DNA from: an uncultured Candidatus Saccharibacteria bacterium | GTDB taxonomy: Bacteria > Patescibacteriota > Saccharimonadia > Saccharimonadales > Saccharimonadaceae | DNA: 64,000 nt | Assembly: GCA_964570845.1 (NCBI GenBank) | Contig: CAZMZB010000001.1 | Location: 143,473 to 207,472 of the forward strand | Direction of reading: 5' to 3' | In this document: positions 34,254 to 43,970 of the stretch, piece after piece | Numbering within the stretch: the stretch's first letter is position 1 | Layout: the number at the start of each line of letters is the position of its first letter | Made by a program: the position numbers and the translations under genes | Notes under the pieces: generated by a model | Databases searched by the model: none | Told to the model about the DNA's origin: nothing | The model's input: the letters and a program-made list of their open reading frames with translations, nothing else

Positions 34254-35765
34254 TTATTTCGCAAATTCTGTAGCACGGGTCTCGCGAATAACATTCACCT
34301 TGATCGTGCCTGGATATTGCATAGTGCTTTCAATCTTATTGGCAATATCTCGAGCGAGCTTAATGGCTGAGAGATCATCGATGCTTTGCGGCTTTACGAT
34401 AACGCGCACTTCACGCCCTGCGCTGATTGCATAGGCTTTATCAATGCCATCAAAACTCGTGGCAACATTCTCAAGATCTTTCATACGTTCAATGAAGTTT
34501 TCTGCACTAATATTTCGCGCACCTGGCCGAGCAGCCGACATTGCATCAACAATACGAACAACCAATGCTTCCGGAGTTGTTGCCTCAATATCATCATGGT
34601 GCGCTTCAATCGCATGAGCAATTTCTTCATTCATGCCATATTTGCGCGCCAGTTCAGCGGCAATATGATGATGTTTTCCTTCCATACGATGTGTTACTGC
34701 TTTACCTGAATCATGCAATAGTGCTGCTGTTTTCACTGTTCGCACATCAGCACCAATTTCTTCTGCAATTAAGCCAGCAAGATGTGTCATTTCGGTGCTA
34801 TGTTTTAATACGTTTTGACCATAGCTTGTACGAAATTTCAGTTCGCCAACAAGACGGAGCATTTCTTTTGGAATACCGACAACACCGACTTCGCGTGCCG
34901 CGTCTTCACCCGCACGATCAATCTCTTTATCGATTTGTTTTTGTGCTTTGGCGACAACTTCCTCAATTCGCGCTGGGTGAATTCTCCCATCTTTCATAAG
35001 TATCTCGAGTGTTAAACGAGCTACCTGGCGACGTACTGGATCGAAGCTTGAAAGCACCACCATGCCAGGAGTATCATCTACCATCACATCAACGCCAGTT
35101 GCTCGTTGAATAGCCTGGATATTACGACCTTCTTTTCCAATGATGCGGCCTTTCATCTCATCATCAGGAAGTTTCAGGGCAGTAACCGTTCGCTCTGCCG
35201 TTACTTCAGAACTCATACGCTCCATTGCACTAAGAAGTATCGTCTGGGCCTTCTCTTCTGCATCTGCCTGTGTATCTGACTGAAGCTTACTCACAAGCCC
35301 AAGTAGGTCCTGTTTCATATCGCGCTCAGTCATCTTCATAAGTTTGTCGGCAGCATCTTTCTTGGAAAGCTTGGCAACTTTTTCAAGTTTTTCTTGCTGC
35401 TTGGTGCGAATTTCTTTAATTTCAGTTTTTAGGGCTTCAACTTCATCTTCACGTTTTCTGAGTCTTTCACCCCGTTTATCCAGTTCATCGAGTTTTTTGT
35501 CTAAATTATTTTCTCGCTCGGCAATTCTTTCTTCAACCTTTTTAATTTCTTTGCGACGAGTTTGCTCATCTTTTTTAGCTTCTTCAACGATTTTAAGCGA
35601 CTCGTCTTTAGCGTCAAGAACAATTTTGCTTGCTTTATCAGTCGCCTCTTTCAAAGCCTTTTCTGCCTCTTTTGCTTCGCCCGCGTGTTTACGCTGCGAT
35701 ATGACTGTCGCACCCCCAACGCCAAGTACCGCACCAACCAGCGCGGCAATAATTCCTTCTATCAT
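34254..35765 (-). CDS. rny: Ribonuclease Y
   Basis: 503 aa; N-terminal TM, long K/E coiled coil, KH domain (GRIIGKEGRNI), HD domain (LLHDSGK). Confidence 0.95.
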   Translation of the reverse strand: MIEGIIAALVGAVLGVGGATVISQRKHAGEAKEAEKALKEATDKASKIVLDAKDESLKIVEEAKKDEQTRRKEIKKVEERIAERENNLDKKLDELDKRGERLRKREDEVEALKTEIKEIRTKQQEKLEKVAKLSKKDAADKLMKMTERDMKQDLLGLVSKLQSDTQADAEEKAQTILLSAMERMSSEVTAERTVTALKLPDDEMKGRIIGKEGRNIQAIQRATGVDVMVDDTPGMVVLSSFDPVRRQVARLTLEILMKDGRIHPARIEEVVAKAQKQIDKEIDRAGEDAAREVGVVGIPKEMLRLVGELKFRTSYGQNVLKHSTEMTHLAGLIAEEIGADVRTVKTAALLHDSGKAVTHRMEGKHHHIAAELARKYGMNEEIAHAIEAHHDDIEATTPEALVVRIVDAMSAARPGARNISAENFIERMKDLENVATSFDGIDKAYAISAGREVRVIVKPQSIDDLSAIKLARDIANKIESTMQYPGTIKVNVIRETRATEFAK

Positions 35766-35953
35766 ACGATTAATCCTTTCTACTTCGTGCGGATTTTTTG
35801 GAGCTTTCGGTAATACTTTTCCTAAAAATCAGAATTGAGGCGACAGGTCTATGTAGGATGAATAATTACACCTCGGTTTGCCCACTAATCAGCACATTGT
35901 TGTATTACATTGCCTCATTTCTATTGTAGCGCTTCGTTCAGTTTTTTAGCAAA

Positions 35954-36346
35954 CTATTTTTTGGGTTTTGTAATATGAGGCTGACTACCATAGTCTGGTA
36001 AAACAATTTTATTATTTTTGCCGCTTTTGATCTTTACTAAACCATTCTGAATCCAATCCTCACCTTTTACACCAATAACAGGAATGTCTTGCGCATACGC
36101 AATTGTATTTGCAACTGTGATACCAATTCGCAAGCCCGTGAAACTGCCCGGGCCTTGAAATACTACGATGCCCTCAAGACTGTCCCACTCTTTCTGATTG
36201 CTTATGAGAAAATCCTCTATCGCTCCGGGTATCTGTATGGCTAATTGCCTGCCAGCTTCCCAAGCCTTTTCTCCAAGTTTTTTATCACCATCATAAAGAC
36301 TTAATTCGCAAAAATAAGTATCGGTTTTGATAGTTAAGATTGTCAT
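35954..36346 (-). CDS. tsaB: tRNA t6A37 biosynthesis protein TsaB (short form)
   Basis: 130 aa; GPGSFTGLRIGITVAN motif. Overlaps the stop of tsaE. Confidence 0.8.
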   Translation of the reverse strand: MTILTIKTDTYFCELSLYDGDKKLGEKAWEAGRQLAIQIPGAIEDFLISNQKEWDSLEGIVVFQGPGSFTGLRIGITVANTIAYAQDIPVIGVKGEDWIQNGLVKIKSGKNNKIVLPDYGSQPHITKPKK

Positions 36347-36765
36347 TATTTTTCTACTCTCACCTTTCGATTAGTATCGCTCGTTACCTTGATGGAAATT
36401 AATACATGGTTTTCAGGTAAAATATCCTGTACACTTCTTGCCCACTCAAGAATAGTAATCTTTTGCTTATCGTTAACAGACTCAGCAAGTTCATGTTGCA
36501 TAATACCTGCATCATGCAGTCGATAAAAATCATAGTGATATATTTCCAGATTATCCTCTGTTCTATAAACTCTGTTAATAGTAAAGCTGGGGCTTTGCAC
36601 CTCATCAATACTTTTTAGACCCTTCACTATTCCCTTTACAAGTGTCGTTTTTCCTGCGCCAACATCACCAATAAGTTCCAGGCATTCACCACCCTTAAGA
36701 CTCTTGGCAATTTCTTCCCCAAATACCTGCATCTCGGTTTCAGATTTTATAATCTTCTCTATCAC
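36346..36765 (-). CDS. tsaE: tRNA t6A37 biosynthesis ATPase TsaE
   Basis: 139 aa; P-loop GDVGAGKTTLVKG and HYDFYRL motif. Confidence 0.85.
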   Translation of the reverse strand: MIEKIIKSETEMQVFGEEIAKSLKGGECLELIGDVGAGKTTLVKGIVKGLKSIDEVQSPSFTINRVYRTEDNLEIYHYDFYRLHDAGIMQHELAESVNDKQKITILEWARSVQDILPENHVLISIKVTSDTNRKVRVEK

Positions 36766-36869
36766 TGCATAACAGTATATCGTGTTCTGAATTATTAGAG
36801 TAAAATAAGTCTATAAGAAAACATTAGCGCTAACAGCCGAAATTGCTTATAGTATATAGAAGTGGGCAT

Positions 36870-38654
36870 ATGAGAATATCCGATGCAACAATTGAAGATT
36901 TATTGAAAAAAAGCGGCAACCTCGCCGATGATCAGTTAGAGATTCTTAAAGAAGAGCAGCGTACCACCCGTCGTCCCTTGCAGGATTTAGTAATCCGCCA
37001 TGAGTTAATGAGTGAGAAAGAACTCACCAAGCTTTATGCGCAATATGCCGGATTTACCTATGTCGAGCTTAGTCCAGACAACATCCCAAGTAATATTTTA
37101 GAGTTAATACCTGAACGGATCGCTCGTCAATATAATGCCGTCGTTTTTAAAAAAGAAGGCAACGAACTTTCTCTGGCGATGGAAGATCCTGATGATGTTC
37201 AAGCGGTTGATTTTATCCAAAAACAACTTGGTCAAAGTGCAAAGATTTATATTGCCACAAAAGAAAATATCTTACGGGCGCTTGATAATTATAGGAGTGA
37301 CTCGAGTAAAGAATTAAATAAAGTTATCGATGTCGAAAAAGACGAAAATGCTGAAAATGCTCAACAAGTTTCTGAGTCCGATATTGCCGAAGATTCACCA
37401 ATTGCACAGACAGTTAATCTATTGCTTGAATATGCTGTTCGCGCCCATGCGTCCGATGTTCATATTGAACCCCGCGAAGAGTACATTCAGGTACGTTATC
37501 GTATTGATGGCGTTTTACAAGAAGCCAATCGTTTGCCAAAAAACGTACTTGCGGCACTAATTAGCCGTATTAAAATTCTTGCTAATCTCAAGATTGACGA
37601 GCGACGTGCACCACAAGATGGCCGATTTAAAATCAATATCGCCGGACACACCTATGCGCTTCGTGTATCCACTCTACCGGTCGCTGACGGTGAAAAAGTA
37701 GTAATGCGTATCTTGGACGAAGGCGATAAAGCATTGACTCTGCAAGAACTTGGCTATTGGGGACGAACACTCAGGGCAACACAAGAAGTGATTACGGAGC
37801 CTCATGGCATGATTCTTATTACTGGTCCGACCGGTTCTGGTAAATCAACCAGTTTGTTTAGCTTGCTTACTATTCTCAATAACCCTACCGTTAACATCTC
37901 AACCGTTGAAGATCCGGTGGAATATAAAATTCCTGGCGTGAACCAAACACAAGTTAACCCCAAAGCTGGGATGACTTTTGCAACAGGGCTTCGGGCACTT
38001 TTGCGTCAAGACCCAAACATTATAATGGTTGGTGAGGTTCGTGACGTTGAGACTGCAGACCTTAGTGTGCAAGCTGCTCTCACCGGTCACCTTGTCTTCT
38101 CTACTCTACATACCAATAATGCTGCCACGAGCTTGCCACGTCTTCTTGATATGGGTATTGAGCCGTTTTTGATTGCAAGTACTGTTCGTGCCATTATAGG
38201 ACAGCGGCTCGTTCGCCGGCTTTGTACAAAGTGTCGAGTTTCTTTTTCTCCTTCAACCGAAGAGTTACAAAAGATAGCTGATTCATTTGAGCTCAAAGAC
38301 GCAAAGATATTCACTCATATTCATGGGCTTGAAGCCGCTGCTTTGAACGAAGGAGTCGGGAGCGATGTCAATGAGCTTGGCTCAACTGAAACAACTTTCA
38401 AAACCCTATGGCGTGCTAGTGAAAAAGGATGCGATGCGTGCCGAAACACCGGATATAAAGGTCGAGTTGGTATCTATGAAATCCTACCGAATTCAGTTGC
38501 TATTCAACAACTTATTGTTGGCAATGCAACTAGTAATGCTATTCAGGAACAAGCTATTAAAGAAGGTATGGATACGATGCAGCTTGATGGTTTAGTGAAA
38601 GCACTACGTGGACAAACCAGTATTGAAGAGATACTAAGAGTAACGCGAGAATAA
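36870..38654 (+). CDS. pilB: Type IV pilus assembly ATPase (GspE/PilB family)
   Basis: N-terminal T2SSE_N-like domain, Walker A GPTGSGKST, Asp box, Walker B IIMVGEVRD, His box, tetra-Cys motif (CTKC...CDAC). Start at ATG 36870. Confidence 0.9.
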   Translation: MRISDATIEDLLKKSGNLADDQLEILKEEQRTTRRPLQDLVIRHELMSEKELTKLYAQYAGFTYVELSPDNIPSNILELIPERIARQYNAVVFKKEGNELSLAMEDPDDVQAVDFIQKQLGQSAKIYIATKENILRALDNYRSDSSKELNKVIDVEKDENAENAQQVSESDIAEDSPIAQTVNLLLEYAVRAHASDVHIEPREEYIQVRYRIDGVLQEANRLPKNVLAALISRIKILANLKIDERRAPQDGRFKINIAGHTYALRVSTLPVADGEKVVMRILDEGDKALTLQELGYWGRTLRATQEVITEPHGMILITGPTGSGKSTSLFSLLTILNNPTVNISTVEDPVEYKIPGVNQTQVNPKAGMTFATGLRALLRQDPNIIMVGEVRDVETADLSVQAALTGHLVFSTLHTNNAATSLPRLLDMGIEPFLIASTVRAIIGQRLVRRLCTKCRVSFSPSTEELQKIADSFELKDAKIFTHIHGLEAAALNEGVGSDVNELGSTETTFKTLWRASEKGCDACRNTGYKGRVGIYEILPNSVAIQQLIVGNATSNAIQEQAIKEGMDTMQLDGLVKALRGQTSIEEILRVTRE

Positions 38655-38658
38655 AAAT

Positions 38659-39891
38659 ATGGCACAATTTACATATCAAGCAACAAATAAAAAGGGTGGT
38701 ACCGTTTCTGGTACTGTAGAAGCAGCCAACAGAAGTGCTGCTATCGCTGCATTAACTCATGAAAATTTAAAACCAATTAGCGTGAAAGAAAAGCGCGAGA
38801 ATAACGATAGTTTCTCAGGTTTGTCCAGTAGATTCTTTAAAAATAAAATTAAACCTGATGTGCTCGTTATTTTCACGAGACAGTTGAGTACGATGGTGGG
38901 TGCCGGAGTACCCTTACTAAGAGCACTTAACGCTTTACAGCAACATGCTGAAAACCCTCTCCTTAAATCAACTCTTGAACAGGTTGCAACAGATGTACAG
39001 GGTGGTGCGTCTCTTGCAGACGCATTAGAAAAACATCCAGTCGTTTTTAGTGATGTCTATGTTAACATGGTCCGCGCAGGTGAAGCAGCTGGTATTTTGG
39101 AAGACGTATTGAAACGTCTCGCCATGCAGCAAGAGAAAAGTGCTACTATTCGGAAAAAAGTAAAGGGCGCAATGATTTATCCAATGGTCCTTCTCAGCGT
39201 TACCACTATTGCTTTCTTCGGACTCATGATCTTCGTCATTCCTAATATTGGTAAGATTATCAAAGATATTGGTGGCGAAGATGCCGAGTTACCCGCTCTC
39301 ACACAAATAATGCTTGGTATTAGTGACTTCACTGTAAGCTATTGGTATATTTTAATAGCACTTGGTTTTGGTATTTTCTTTGCTGTTAGTCGATATCTCA
39401 GAACCCCAAGCGGCAAGCGAAATTTTCATAGACTTATCCTCAAAATCCCTATCGTGAGAGGGCTGGTCAAAAAAGTTGCCGTCGCTCGTTTTGCTCGAAC
39501 TTTTTCTTCTTTAATGGGAGCTGGGGTGACTGTACTTGCCGCTCTGAAAGTTACCGGCAAGGCAATCGGTAATACTGTCTATATGGAGTTTCTCGATAAT
39601 GCAGCCGAGGAGGTAAAGAATGGTAAGCAACTCTCCGAGGTTATCGCTAAAAGTGACCTTTTCCCAGATATTGTTGGGCAGATGTTAGCTGTAGGTGAAG
39701 AAACTGGTAAAACGGATACTGTACTCGTTAAAGTGGCGGACTTTTATGAAGAAGAGGTTGATGTTGCGGTAAACAGTTTGAGCTCTATCATTGAACCGTT
39801 GATGATTATTGTGCTTGGAGCAATGGTTGGTTTAGTCGCTGCAAGTGTCATGGGTCCGATTACCAGTATTTCTCAGAATATTCAGCAATAA
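38659..39891 (+). CDS. pilC: Type IV pilus platform protein (GspF/PilC family)
   Basis: 410 aa with two T2SSF repeats and 3 TM helices. Confidence 0.9.
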   Translation: MAQFTYQATNKKGGTVSGTVEAANRSAAIAALTHENLKPISVKEKRENNDSFSGLSSRFFKNKIKPDVLVIFTRQLSTMVGAGVPLLRALNALQQHAENPLLKSTLEQVATDVQGGASLADALEKHPVVFSDVYVNMVRAGEAAGILEDVLKRLAMQQEKSATIRKKVKGAMIYPMVLLSVTTIAFFGLMIFVIPNIGKIIKDIGGEDAELPALTQIMLGISDFTVSYWYILIALGFGIFFAVSRYLRTPSGKRNFHRLILKIPIVRGLVKKVAVARFARTFSSLMGAGVTVLAALKVTGKAIGNTVYMEFLDNAAEEVKNGKQLSEVIAKSDLFPDIVGQMLAVGEETGKTDTVLVKVADFYEEEVDVAVNSLSSIIEPLMIIVLGAMVGLVAASVMGPITSISQNIQQ

Positions 39892-39966
39892 CCAAACAGA
39901 GAAAAAATAGTTCAATCACTATTCCTCTTATGCTATACTGGCAATAATAATGAACAGTGGGCAACT

Positions 39967-41019
39967 ATGAGCAAATTATTTTACAGAGATAAACCAATTA
40001 TCGGTTTGGATGTTAGCCAAACCGGATTGAAAGCTATGGCTATTAGCGACAAGAAACCATTGGTCATAGGGTATGGATCAGTCGACCTTGACCCGGTTAA
40101 AATGCAAAAAAGCCTTGACGGCAAAGATGATTATCTAAGCAAAAATATAAAGTCACTTTTTACCAAAAAGATCATCGGTAAAATGCCGAGCAATAATGTA
40201 GTCCTGAGCGTACCGACAGCTCGAACGTATGCTCGAACCTTTACACTACCATTAGAAGCAGAAGGTAATCTCCAAGAGGCAATAGACCTTGAAGCTGAAC
40301 AATACATTCCCGTTCCTTTAAATCAGCTTTATACCGACCATCAAGTTATCGAATATAATAAAGACGATCTGGTCGTACTCATGTGTGCCGTCCCAAAAAC
40401 AATTGTTGACGCATGTGTTGATGCGGCAAAAAAAGCAGAACTTGAAGTGGTAATGGTGGAACCTGGAGTTAACGCTGTAGCACGTCTATTAACCCTCACT
40501 GAAGATGGACATCTCCCTACTGTTATCGTTGATATCGGCCCTACTACAACTGACATTGCTATCTTAGACGGATCTATTAGAGTAACCGGAAGTATCGTTA
40601 TAGGAGGCAATACGTTCACGCTTGATATAGCTAAAAAAATGCATGTTCCATTAGAAAATGCTCATCAATTAAAGGTTCTGCACGGTCTTAGCGCAGGGCC
40701 ACGCCAAGCAAAGATTAGTGCTGCGCTTGAGCCAAATCTAAAAAGAATTATTGCCGAAACAAAAAAGGTTATTCGATACTATAATGAACGCCTCGGCGCT
40801 ACACGTAAACTTGAGCAAGTGCTTGTTGTGGGCGGTGGCTCAGGTATTCCTGGACTTGGAGATTATTTTACTAACGCACTTATTATGCCTGCAAGACTTG
40901 CGAGTCCATGGCAAGTACTTGATTTTGGAAAACTCACTCAGCCATCGAAACAATTTAAACCACGATATATAACTGCTGGCGGACTTGCCTCGGTGAAACC
41001 AAAGGATATCTGGTCATGA
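39967..41019 (+). CDS. pilM: Type IV pilus assembly protein PilM (actin-like)
   Basis: 350 aa; N-terminal IGLDVSQTGLKAM and the actin-fold phosphate motifs (VDIGPTTTDI, VVGGGSGIPGL). Confidence 0.85.
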   Translation: MSKLFYRDKPIIGLDVSQTGLKAMAISDKKPLVIGYGSVDLDPVKMQKSLDGKDDYLSKNIKSLFTKKIIGKMPSNNVVLSVPTARTYARTFTLPLEAEGNLQEAIDLEAEQYIPVPLNQLYTDHQVIEYNKDDLVVLMCAVPKTIVDACVDAAKKAELEVVMVEPGVNAVARLLTLTEDGHLPTVIVDIGPTTTDIAILDGSIRVTGSIVIGGNTFTLDIAKKMHVPLENAHQLKVLHGLSAGPRQAKISAALEPNLKRIIAETKKVIRYYNERLGATRKLEQVLVVGGGSGIPGLGDYFTNALIMPARLASPWQVLDFGKLTQPSKQFKPRYITAGGLASVKPKDIWS

Positions 41020-41597
41020 TTAACCTATTAAGCCCCGAGGATAAAAAACAATTACGCGCTGCTAGAGTAAATGCTCTGTTAATTCGTTATTACTTTTTAA
41101 TTATAATAGCGATCGTTGGTTCGGGTTTAATCCTGGGTGGTGGTTTCTATATTGCTGATCAAAACGCAGAATCTGCACGTATCGATCTCATAAGGGCAGA
41201 AGATGATACGAAAGATTACATCAAAGTAAAGCAGCAATCAGAAGAGTTTGCAAATAATTTAAAAGTAGCAAAGCAGATACTGGCAACGGAAGTAGTTTAT
41301 AGTAAAATGATTACAGATATTGCTAATACTATTCCGTCAGGTACTATTCTGGCAAGTCTTTCGCTAACTCCGGAAACAATAAGTAAAAAAATGGAACTCT
41401 CTTTTCAAACAAAAAATTACGATCAGGGCATTCAGCTAAAGACAACCTTAGAAAATTCAGATTTATTTAGCGATGTCAGTATAACTAATATTACCAACAA
41501 AGGAGAAGAAGGCAGTGGCGCATATCCAACTGATGTAAATATTAGCGCTACCTTCCATCCAAGGAATATCCTTGCTGGTAGCCAAGGGGGCAGATGA
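41016..41597 (+). CDS. pilN: PilN-like bitopic pilus alignment protein
   Basis: 193 aa; INLLSPEDKKQLR start typical of PilN, single TM. Overlaps the pilM stop. Confidence 0.65.
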   Translation: MINLLSPEDKKQLRAARVNALLIRYYFLIIIAIVGSGLILGGGFYIADQNAESARIDLIRAEDDTKDYIKVKQQSEEFANNLKVAKQILATEVVYSKMITDIANTIPSGTILASLSLTPETISKKMELSFQTKNYDQGIQLKTTLENSDLFSDVSITNITNKGEEGSGAYPTDVNISATFHPRNILAGSQGGR

Positions 41598-42253
41598 TGA
41601 AAAAAGGAAGCTTAAACGCTGTTATTCTAGAGAGGTTACTCATCATTGGTATCATACCTCTCATTGGTGTTTCCATTTTTGTGATCCATTCCCTCTTTGG
41701 AGTTTTGGAGCAAAAGTCAAAAGAAGCCAGTCATGCAAATATAGACTCAGAAGTAGGTGCTGAAAATATTAATGATCTCAAGAAGCTTGAGGAAAAACTA
41801 GCCCAAAATCAAGATGTGGCCAGGCGTGCAGCCGCTATTGTAGCTGATAGCAAGCAATATCGTTATCAGGATCAGATTGTTAACGATATTAACACGTACG
41901 CTGCTGCAGCAGGTGTTACAATTTTAGGTTTTGATTTTAACGAAAATAGCGAGGGTACAAATACTGAGGGCAATGCGACGTCAACTGAAGGTACATCCTC
42001 TACCGGTAACTCGACAGCCACTCAACAAGCACCACCAAGTAATACATCGGCTACGGCAGCACCAGGCTTAAAGACAGTTAACGCTTCAATTCAACTTGAT
42101 AGCCCCATTCCCCTCACTGACTTCCTTATATTTTTAAAATATATTGAGCAAAATGTTACAAAAATGCAGATTACAGGTGTTACATTAACTCCTGCGGAAG
42201 ATCCGAATCTTATTTCGAATCCCACCATCAACATAACAGTGTATACGAGGTAA
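41594..42253 (+). CDS. pilO: PilO-like bitopic pilus alignment protein
   Basis: 219 aa, single TM then coiled coil and a low-complexity T/S-rich insert. The call rests on position after pilN plus topology; sequence evidence is weak. Confidence 0.5.
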   Translation: MMKKGSLNAVILERLLIIGIIPLIGVSIFVIHSLFGVLEQKSKEASHANIDSEVGAENINDLKKLEEKLAQNQDVARRAAAIVADSKQYRYQDQIVNDINTYAAAAGVTILGFDFNENSEGTNTEGNATSTEGTSSTGNSTATQQAPPSNTSATAAPGLKTVNASIQLDSPIPLTDFLIFLKYIEQNVTKMQITGVTLTPAEDPNLISNPTINITVYTR

Positions 42254-42258
42254 TAAAA

Positions 42259-42564
42259 ATGAAGAAAATTAACATAGCAGCAATCAAGCGAAAAACACTT
42301 TCTATCTTTAAGCCGATTATTTCACACCATGCAATTATTTTTATCATACTGTCATTACTCTTTCTTATGTACATCGTCTACACTACACAGAGAATTCTTA
42401 CCAACACTGAAGATACTGCATACAAGAGTAGAGCTGAGCAAAAAGGTACTACAACGACATTCGATGAAGAAACTATCAAAAAGGTTGAGCAACTACAGTA
42501 TCGCAGAGATGCCTTGAAGCCAGAACTTCCTACTAATGGTCGTATTAATCCTTTTGCCGAGTAG
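42259..42564 (+). CDS. Small bitopic membrane protein in the pilus operon
   Basis: 101 aa, one TM helix, 5 nt after the pilO-like gene. Confidence 0.55.
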   Translation: MKKINIAAIKRKTLSIFKPIISHHAIIFIILSLLFLMYIVYTTQRILTNTEDTAYKSRAEQKGTTTTFDEETIKKVEQLQYRRDALKPELPTNGRINPFAE

Positions 42565-42592
42565 AATATAAGATAACTGTTATAATACTATT

Positions 42593-43180
42593 ATGTTAAT
42601 GCTTTCTCAGCGCTTAATAAATAAGCCCGTCATGAGCTTACAGACTGGTGCTGAAATTGCCCACACTAAAAAAGCGATTATTGACCCTCGCAACTTACAG
42701 GTTGTTGGCTATTTTGTTGTAAGTAAAATTAAAAATGATCCGTCTTTAATTCTTAAAATTACTGATATTAGAGAGGTTAGCAATGTTGGCTTCATTATCG
42801 ATTCCATTGACGAAATCTTACCCGAAGCTGATTTACTGCGTATTCAAGAAATAACCCAACTGCAATTCGATCTCATTGATCTATCAGTCGTTGATGAGAA
42901 TAAGCATAAACTAGGTAAAGTTATCGATTACGGTATCGATCCGCTTACTTTCATGATCCATCAACTTCATATCAAGCAACCGCTGCTTAAAAGCTTACAA
43001 GTTGCTGAACTACTCATCAATCGTACTCAAATCATTGAAATTAATGACAATGAGATTATTGTAAGAGAAGCAAGTGCCCGAGATGTTGAAAAATATCAGG
43101 CTCCTGCCACACCAAACGCGGACTTCATTAATCCTTTTAGAAAACCACAAGCTGAAAGTAAACAGGCTACTCCTCAGTAA
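42593..43180 (+). CDS. Tandem PRC-barrel-like protein, last gene of the pilus operon
   Basis: 195 aa; two repeats resembling PRC barrels (VMSLQTGAEIAHTKKAIIDPRNLQVVGYFV and LSVVDENKHKLGKVIDYGIDPLTFMIHQLHI). Confidence 0.55.
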   Translation: MLMLSQRLINKPVMSLQTGAEIAHTKKAIIDPRNLQVVGYFVVSKIKNDPSLILKITDIREVSNVGFIIDSIDEILPEADLLRIQEITQLQFDLIDLSVVDENKHKLGKVIDYGIDPLTFMIHQLHIKQPLLKSLQVAELLINRTQIIEINDNEIIVREASARDVEKYQAPATPNADFINPFRKPQAESKQATPQ

Positions 43181-43799
43181 GTGCTTGCTTGATGTCATCA
43201 TACAAAAAGCCTTGTCTTGCTAAATAGGCGATGAGCTTTTGTTCATCATTGTAACGATTTTTCTTTTTCTCAATAACTTTTCTTAGTTCTCCATAATCAC
43301 TGCGCCCTGTCACTTCAAGATACTTTTCAATAATAGACTGCTCAATGCCTTTAGACCTGAGCTCACTAATGAGTTTTCTTTTACTCACCCCTTTTGTAAG
43401 CCTACGGTTTTCAATCCAAAAGCTCACAAATTTTTCATCATTAATATATCCTTTTTCCTGCAGTCTCTCAAAAATTCGTTTTGTAATTTCAGGTGAAACT
43501 CCCTCTTTTTTCTTGCCGTCTTTTCTTCTTGTATTGCGTGTTTTTTTAAAAAGATACTCTTTCACTTCTTTTTCACTATGCGGGCGAGACAAGCAATACT
43601 CAAGCGTTCTTGTATAAAGCCTGCCAAACTGGCTCTCCTGCTCCAACCCAATCAGCTCTTCTTCGGAATATTCTTTACCTAGCTTAAGCCCAAGCTCGCC
43701 AACCTGAAAAATATCTAATGAAAATCGATACTTCCCGTCAACGTCAATATTCACTCTATTCTTATTTTTTTGTTGAACAGTAATTGCAGTGATTTTCAT
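43167..43799 (-). CDS. recX: RecA regulator RecX
   Basis: 210 aa of three-helix repeats, located downstream of recA. Confidence 0.85.
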   Translation of the reverse strand: MKITAITVQQKNKNRVNIDVDGKYRFSLDIFQVGELGLKLGKEYSEEELIGLEQESQFGRLYTRTLEYCLSRPHSEKEVKEYLFKKTRNTRRKDGKKKEGVSPEITKRIFERLQEKGYINDEKFVSFWIENRRLTKGVSKRKLISELRSKGIEQSIIEKYLEVTGRSDYGELRKVIEKKKNRYNDEQKLIAYLARQGFLYDDIKQALTEE

Positions 43800-43966
43800 T
43801 GGGAATACTTTTCAACGGCACGCTTGTATGTATGAGGAGGGTTAGCGCGGTTTAGCGCCTCAGACTCTTTCTTCCAAGCATATAAATCAATAAGCTTGAT
43901 GTGCTTCATAGACATAGCCATCGCAATATCACCCCAAGAGTCTTTGAGTGTAATTTGCTTTGTCAT
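43796..43966 (-). CDS. Possible 56-aa protein between recA and recX
   Basis: Hand-found ORF MTKQITLKDSWGDIAMAMSMKHIKLIDLYAWKKESEALNRANPPHTYKRAVEKYSQ. Its ATG lies 4 nt after the recA stop and its TGA overlaps the recX ATG (ATGA). Below the track size cutoff. Confidence 0.45.
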   Translation of the reverse strand: MTKQITLKDSWGDIAMAMSMKHIKLIDLYAWKKESEALNRANPPHTYKRAVEKYSQ

Positions 43967-43970
43967 AAGT

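Noticed and set aside
35344-35838. 164-aa plus-strand Ser/Leu-rich ORF (and ORFs 34386-34709, 34541-34999, 34815-35015 and 35562-35813)
   Set aside because: They are antisense to the unmistakable RNase Y gene. The K/E-rich coiled-coil coding sequence gives stop-free antisense frames.
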